Under the pieces are notes generated by a model, which was given only the letters and a program-made list of their open reading frames with translations, made no database searches and had not been told where the DNA came from. A program made the translations under genes and the position numbers. A DNA stretch of 64,000 nt from Candidatus Nitrosomirales archaeon. GTDB lineage: Archaea; Thermoproteota; Nitrososphaeria; Nitrososphaerales; UBA213. Where the stretch lies: the NCBI GenBank assembly GCA_049199595.1, contig JBMCYV010000003.1, positions 28,421-92,420 of the forward strand, written 5' to 3'. Below, one piece after another: positions 63,038-64,000 of this stretch; within the stretch, counting starts at the first letter, position 1; the number at the start of each line of letters is the position of its first letter.

Positions 63038-63100
63038 TACGTCGGACTAGTAACATGGATTCCTGAATATCGTAGGACATCTTTCATACCTGTTTATAAC
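63038..63100 (+). promoter_or_regulatory. Family promoter module, copy 6
   Basis: ATACGTCGGACTAGTAACATGGATTCCTGAA, then 13 nt, then CTTTCATACCTGTTTATAAC, then 26 nt ending AGAG-ATG. Confidence 0.6.
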
Positions 63101-63126
63101 TCATGAAATAACATACATTCAAAGAG

Positions 63127-63984
63127 ATGGAAGTCAGAGCAAGGAGACTAAAGTACTCGGGAATAGCTTTAGGTGCAGTATTGATAATGGCGTTCGTTCT
63201 AGTGCAACCAACAATGCAGACAGCCAAAGCAGTAGGTGTAGAAGGACTTCCAGCATATGATGATTGCTACTTGAGCGGAGTAACACTTGGGGGTACAGTA
63301 ACTTCAACCACGACAACAACAACGACAACAACTACAACGACTACAACTACGATGGGGCAGCCTGAAGATCCAATATCAATGAACACTGTCAGAAATGGGA
63401 ACATTGTAAAGACCATTCATGCGGAGAAAGAGATCTTCACATGCCATCTTGACCAAGGTGATCTACCAATCATAGTAGATGTTACAACATATCTGGAGAT
63501 ATACGAAAACATTGCTGATAGAGAAGTCGTAGAAACCAACGCTATAGCAGTGACCTGTCTTAAGGATGAATTCACTGCAGCAGTGATTGACTGCGAATCA
63601 TATGAAGTCCCGACAACTCCAGTGCCAGTAGGTAGCAACTGCGAAGAGCTTGACTATATCACACACCCGCAAGAGATGAACACAGTTAACAAGGGCAAGA
63701 TCGCAAAGACAGTAGAATCACAGAAAGAGGTATTCTTATGTTTGCTGGATGGTGAGGTGATCTGCTTTACAAAACTAGTACAATGCACTAACACAATCAA
63801 GAAAGTAGATGTAATCCTGTTCACTGAAACATACGAGGATCTAGCAACACATGAAATAACAGATGTGCAATTCCAGTCAGCGCGATGTGTAGTTTTGATT
63901 ACTGACGAGCAGCTACAGGAGCCTGACAACGACTTGAGAGACGCCACAGTCGAGACCTGCCAGTTCTCAAGCATCGAAAACTAA
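63127..63984 (+). CDS. Secreted Cys-patterned two-module protein, family copy 6 (with poly-Thr linker)
   Basis: It has the signal GIALGAVLIMAFVLVQPTMQTAKA and a T-S-T15 linker. Module A is EDPISMNTVRNGNIVKTIHAEKEIFTC and module B is HPQEMNTVNKGKIAKTVESQKEVFLC. A loop insertion with two extra Cys is present, and the C-terminus is VETCQFSSIEN. Confidence 0.85.
   Translation: MEVRARRLKYSGIALGAVLIMAFVLVQPTMQTAKAVGVEGLPAYDDCYLSGVTLGGTVTSTTTTTTTTTTTTTTTMGQPEDPISMNTVRNGNIVKTIHAEKEIFTCHLDQGDLPIIVDVTTYLEIYENIADREVVETNAIAVTCLKDEFTAAVIDCESYEVPTTPVPVGSNCEELDYITHPQEMNTVNKGKIAKTVESQKEVFLCLLDGEVICFTKLVQCTNTIKKVDVILFTETYEDLATHEITDVQFQSARCVVLITDEQLQEPDNDLRDATVETCQFSSIEN
63301..63351 (+). repeat. Poly-threonine coding tract (ACN codons)
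   Basis: act tca acc acg aca aca aca acg aca aca act aca acg act aca act acg. Synonymous codons are mixed, so the repeat is maintained at the protein level rather than as a pure trinucleotide microsatellite. Confidence 0.85.
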
Positions 63985-64000
63985 TTTTACAATAACTTTG

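Noticed and set aside
1-64000. Search for CRISPR arrays, rRNA genes, IS elements or transposases, integrases and prophage genes.
   Set aside because: I saw no regularly spaced direct repeats, no rRNA-like conserved stretches, and no DDE, tyrosine or serine recombinase motifs in any ORF. The accessory regions (family copies, TA islet, cyclase cluster) lack recognisable mobility genes within this window.

Overview
This is a 64-kb chromosomal segment of an archaeon, most consistent with Nitrososphaerota (Thaumarchaeota). That placement is an inference from by-eye motif recognition of TiaS, Dph2, exosome Csl4, an MptE-type pterin kinase, an A1:U72 initiator tRNA with two non-canonical introns, and a PEFG-CTERM-like tail. 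No database search was possible.

The backbone is housekeeping:
- Histidine biosynthesis is split over three loci: hisG-D-C-(HAD)-B-H-A at 30.1-36.4 kb, hisF at 51.2 kb and hisI at 54.6 kb.
- Other core genes are guaB, pheA, thrC, folP/mptE, a class II HMG-CoA reductase and msrB.
- There are also two thioredoxin-type proteins, two molybdoenzymes, three universal-stress paralogs and several CBS-domain proteins.

Several accessory or unusual elements sit on this backbone:
1. A seven-copy family of secreted, eight-cysteine, internally duplicated proteins. Three copies are in tandem at 1-2400; others are at 12.8, 55.5 and 63.1 kb; one is fused to a NosD-like beta-helix protein at 52.3-54.3 kb. Five copies carry the same bipartite upstream promoter module at fixed spacing. 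I consider this the best candidate for an undescribed system.
2. A membrane-anchored protein whose central 230 residues are about 30% methionine (41844-43313).
3. A MoaD/ThiS-like ubiquitin-fold domain fused in frame to an E1-like adenylyltransferase, immediately downstream of thrC.
4. A 4xCBS protein with an HPF/RaiA-like ribosome-hibernation tail.
5. Two class III nucleotidyl-cyclase homologs, one in a V4R-cyclase-unknown three-gene cluster.
6. A GC-rich structured-RNA candidate at 40.24 kb.
7. A small toxin-antitoxin islet at 59.4-60.25 kb next to a TSP3/RTX calcium-binding repeat protein.

I found no rRNA, CRISPR array, transposase or integrase. Many ORF-track entries are antisense or overlapping shadows of the real genes.
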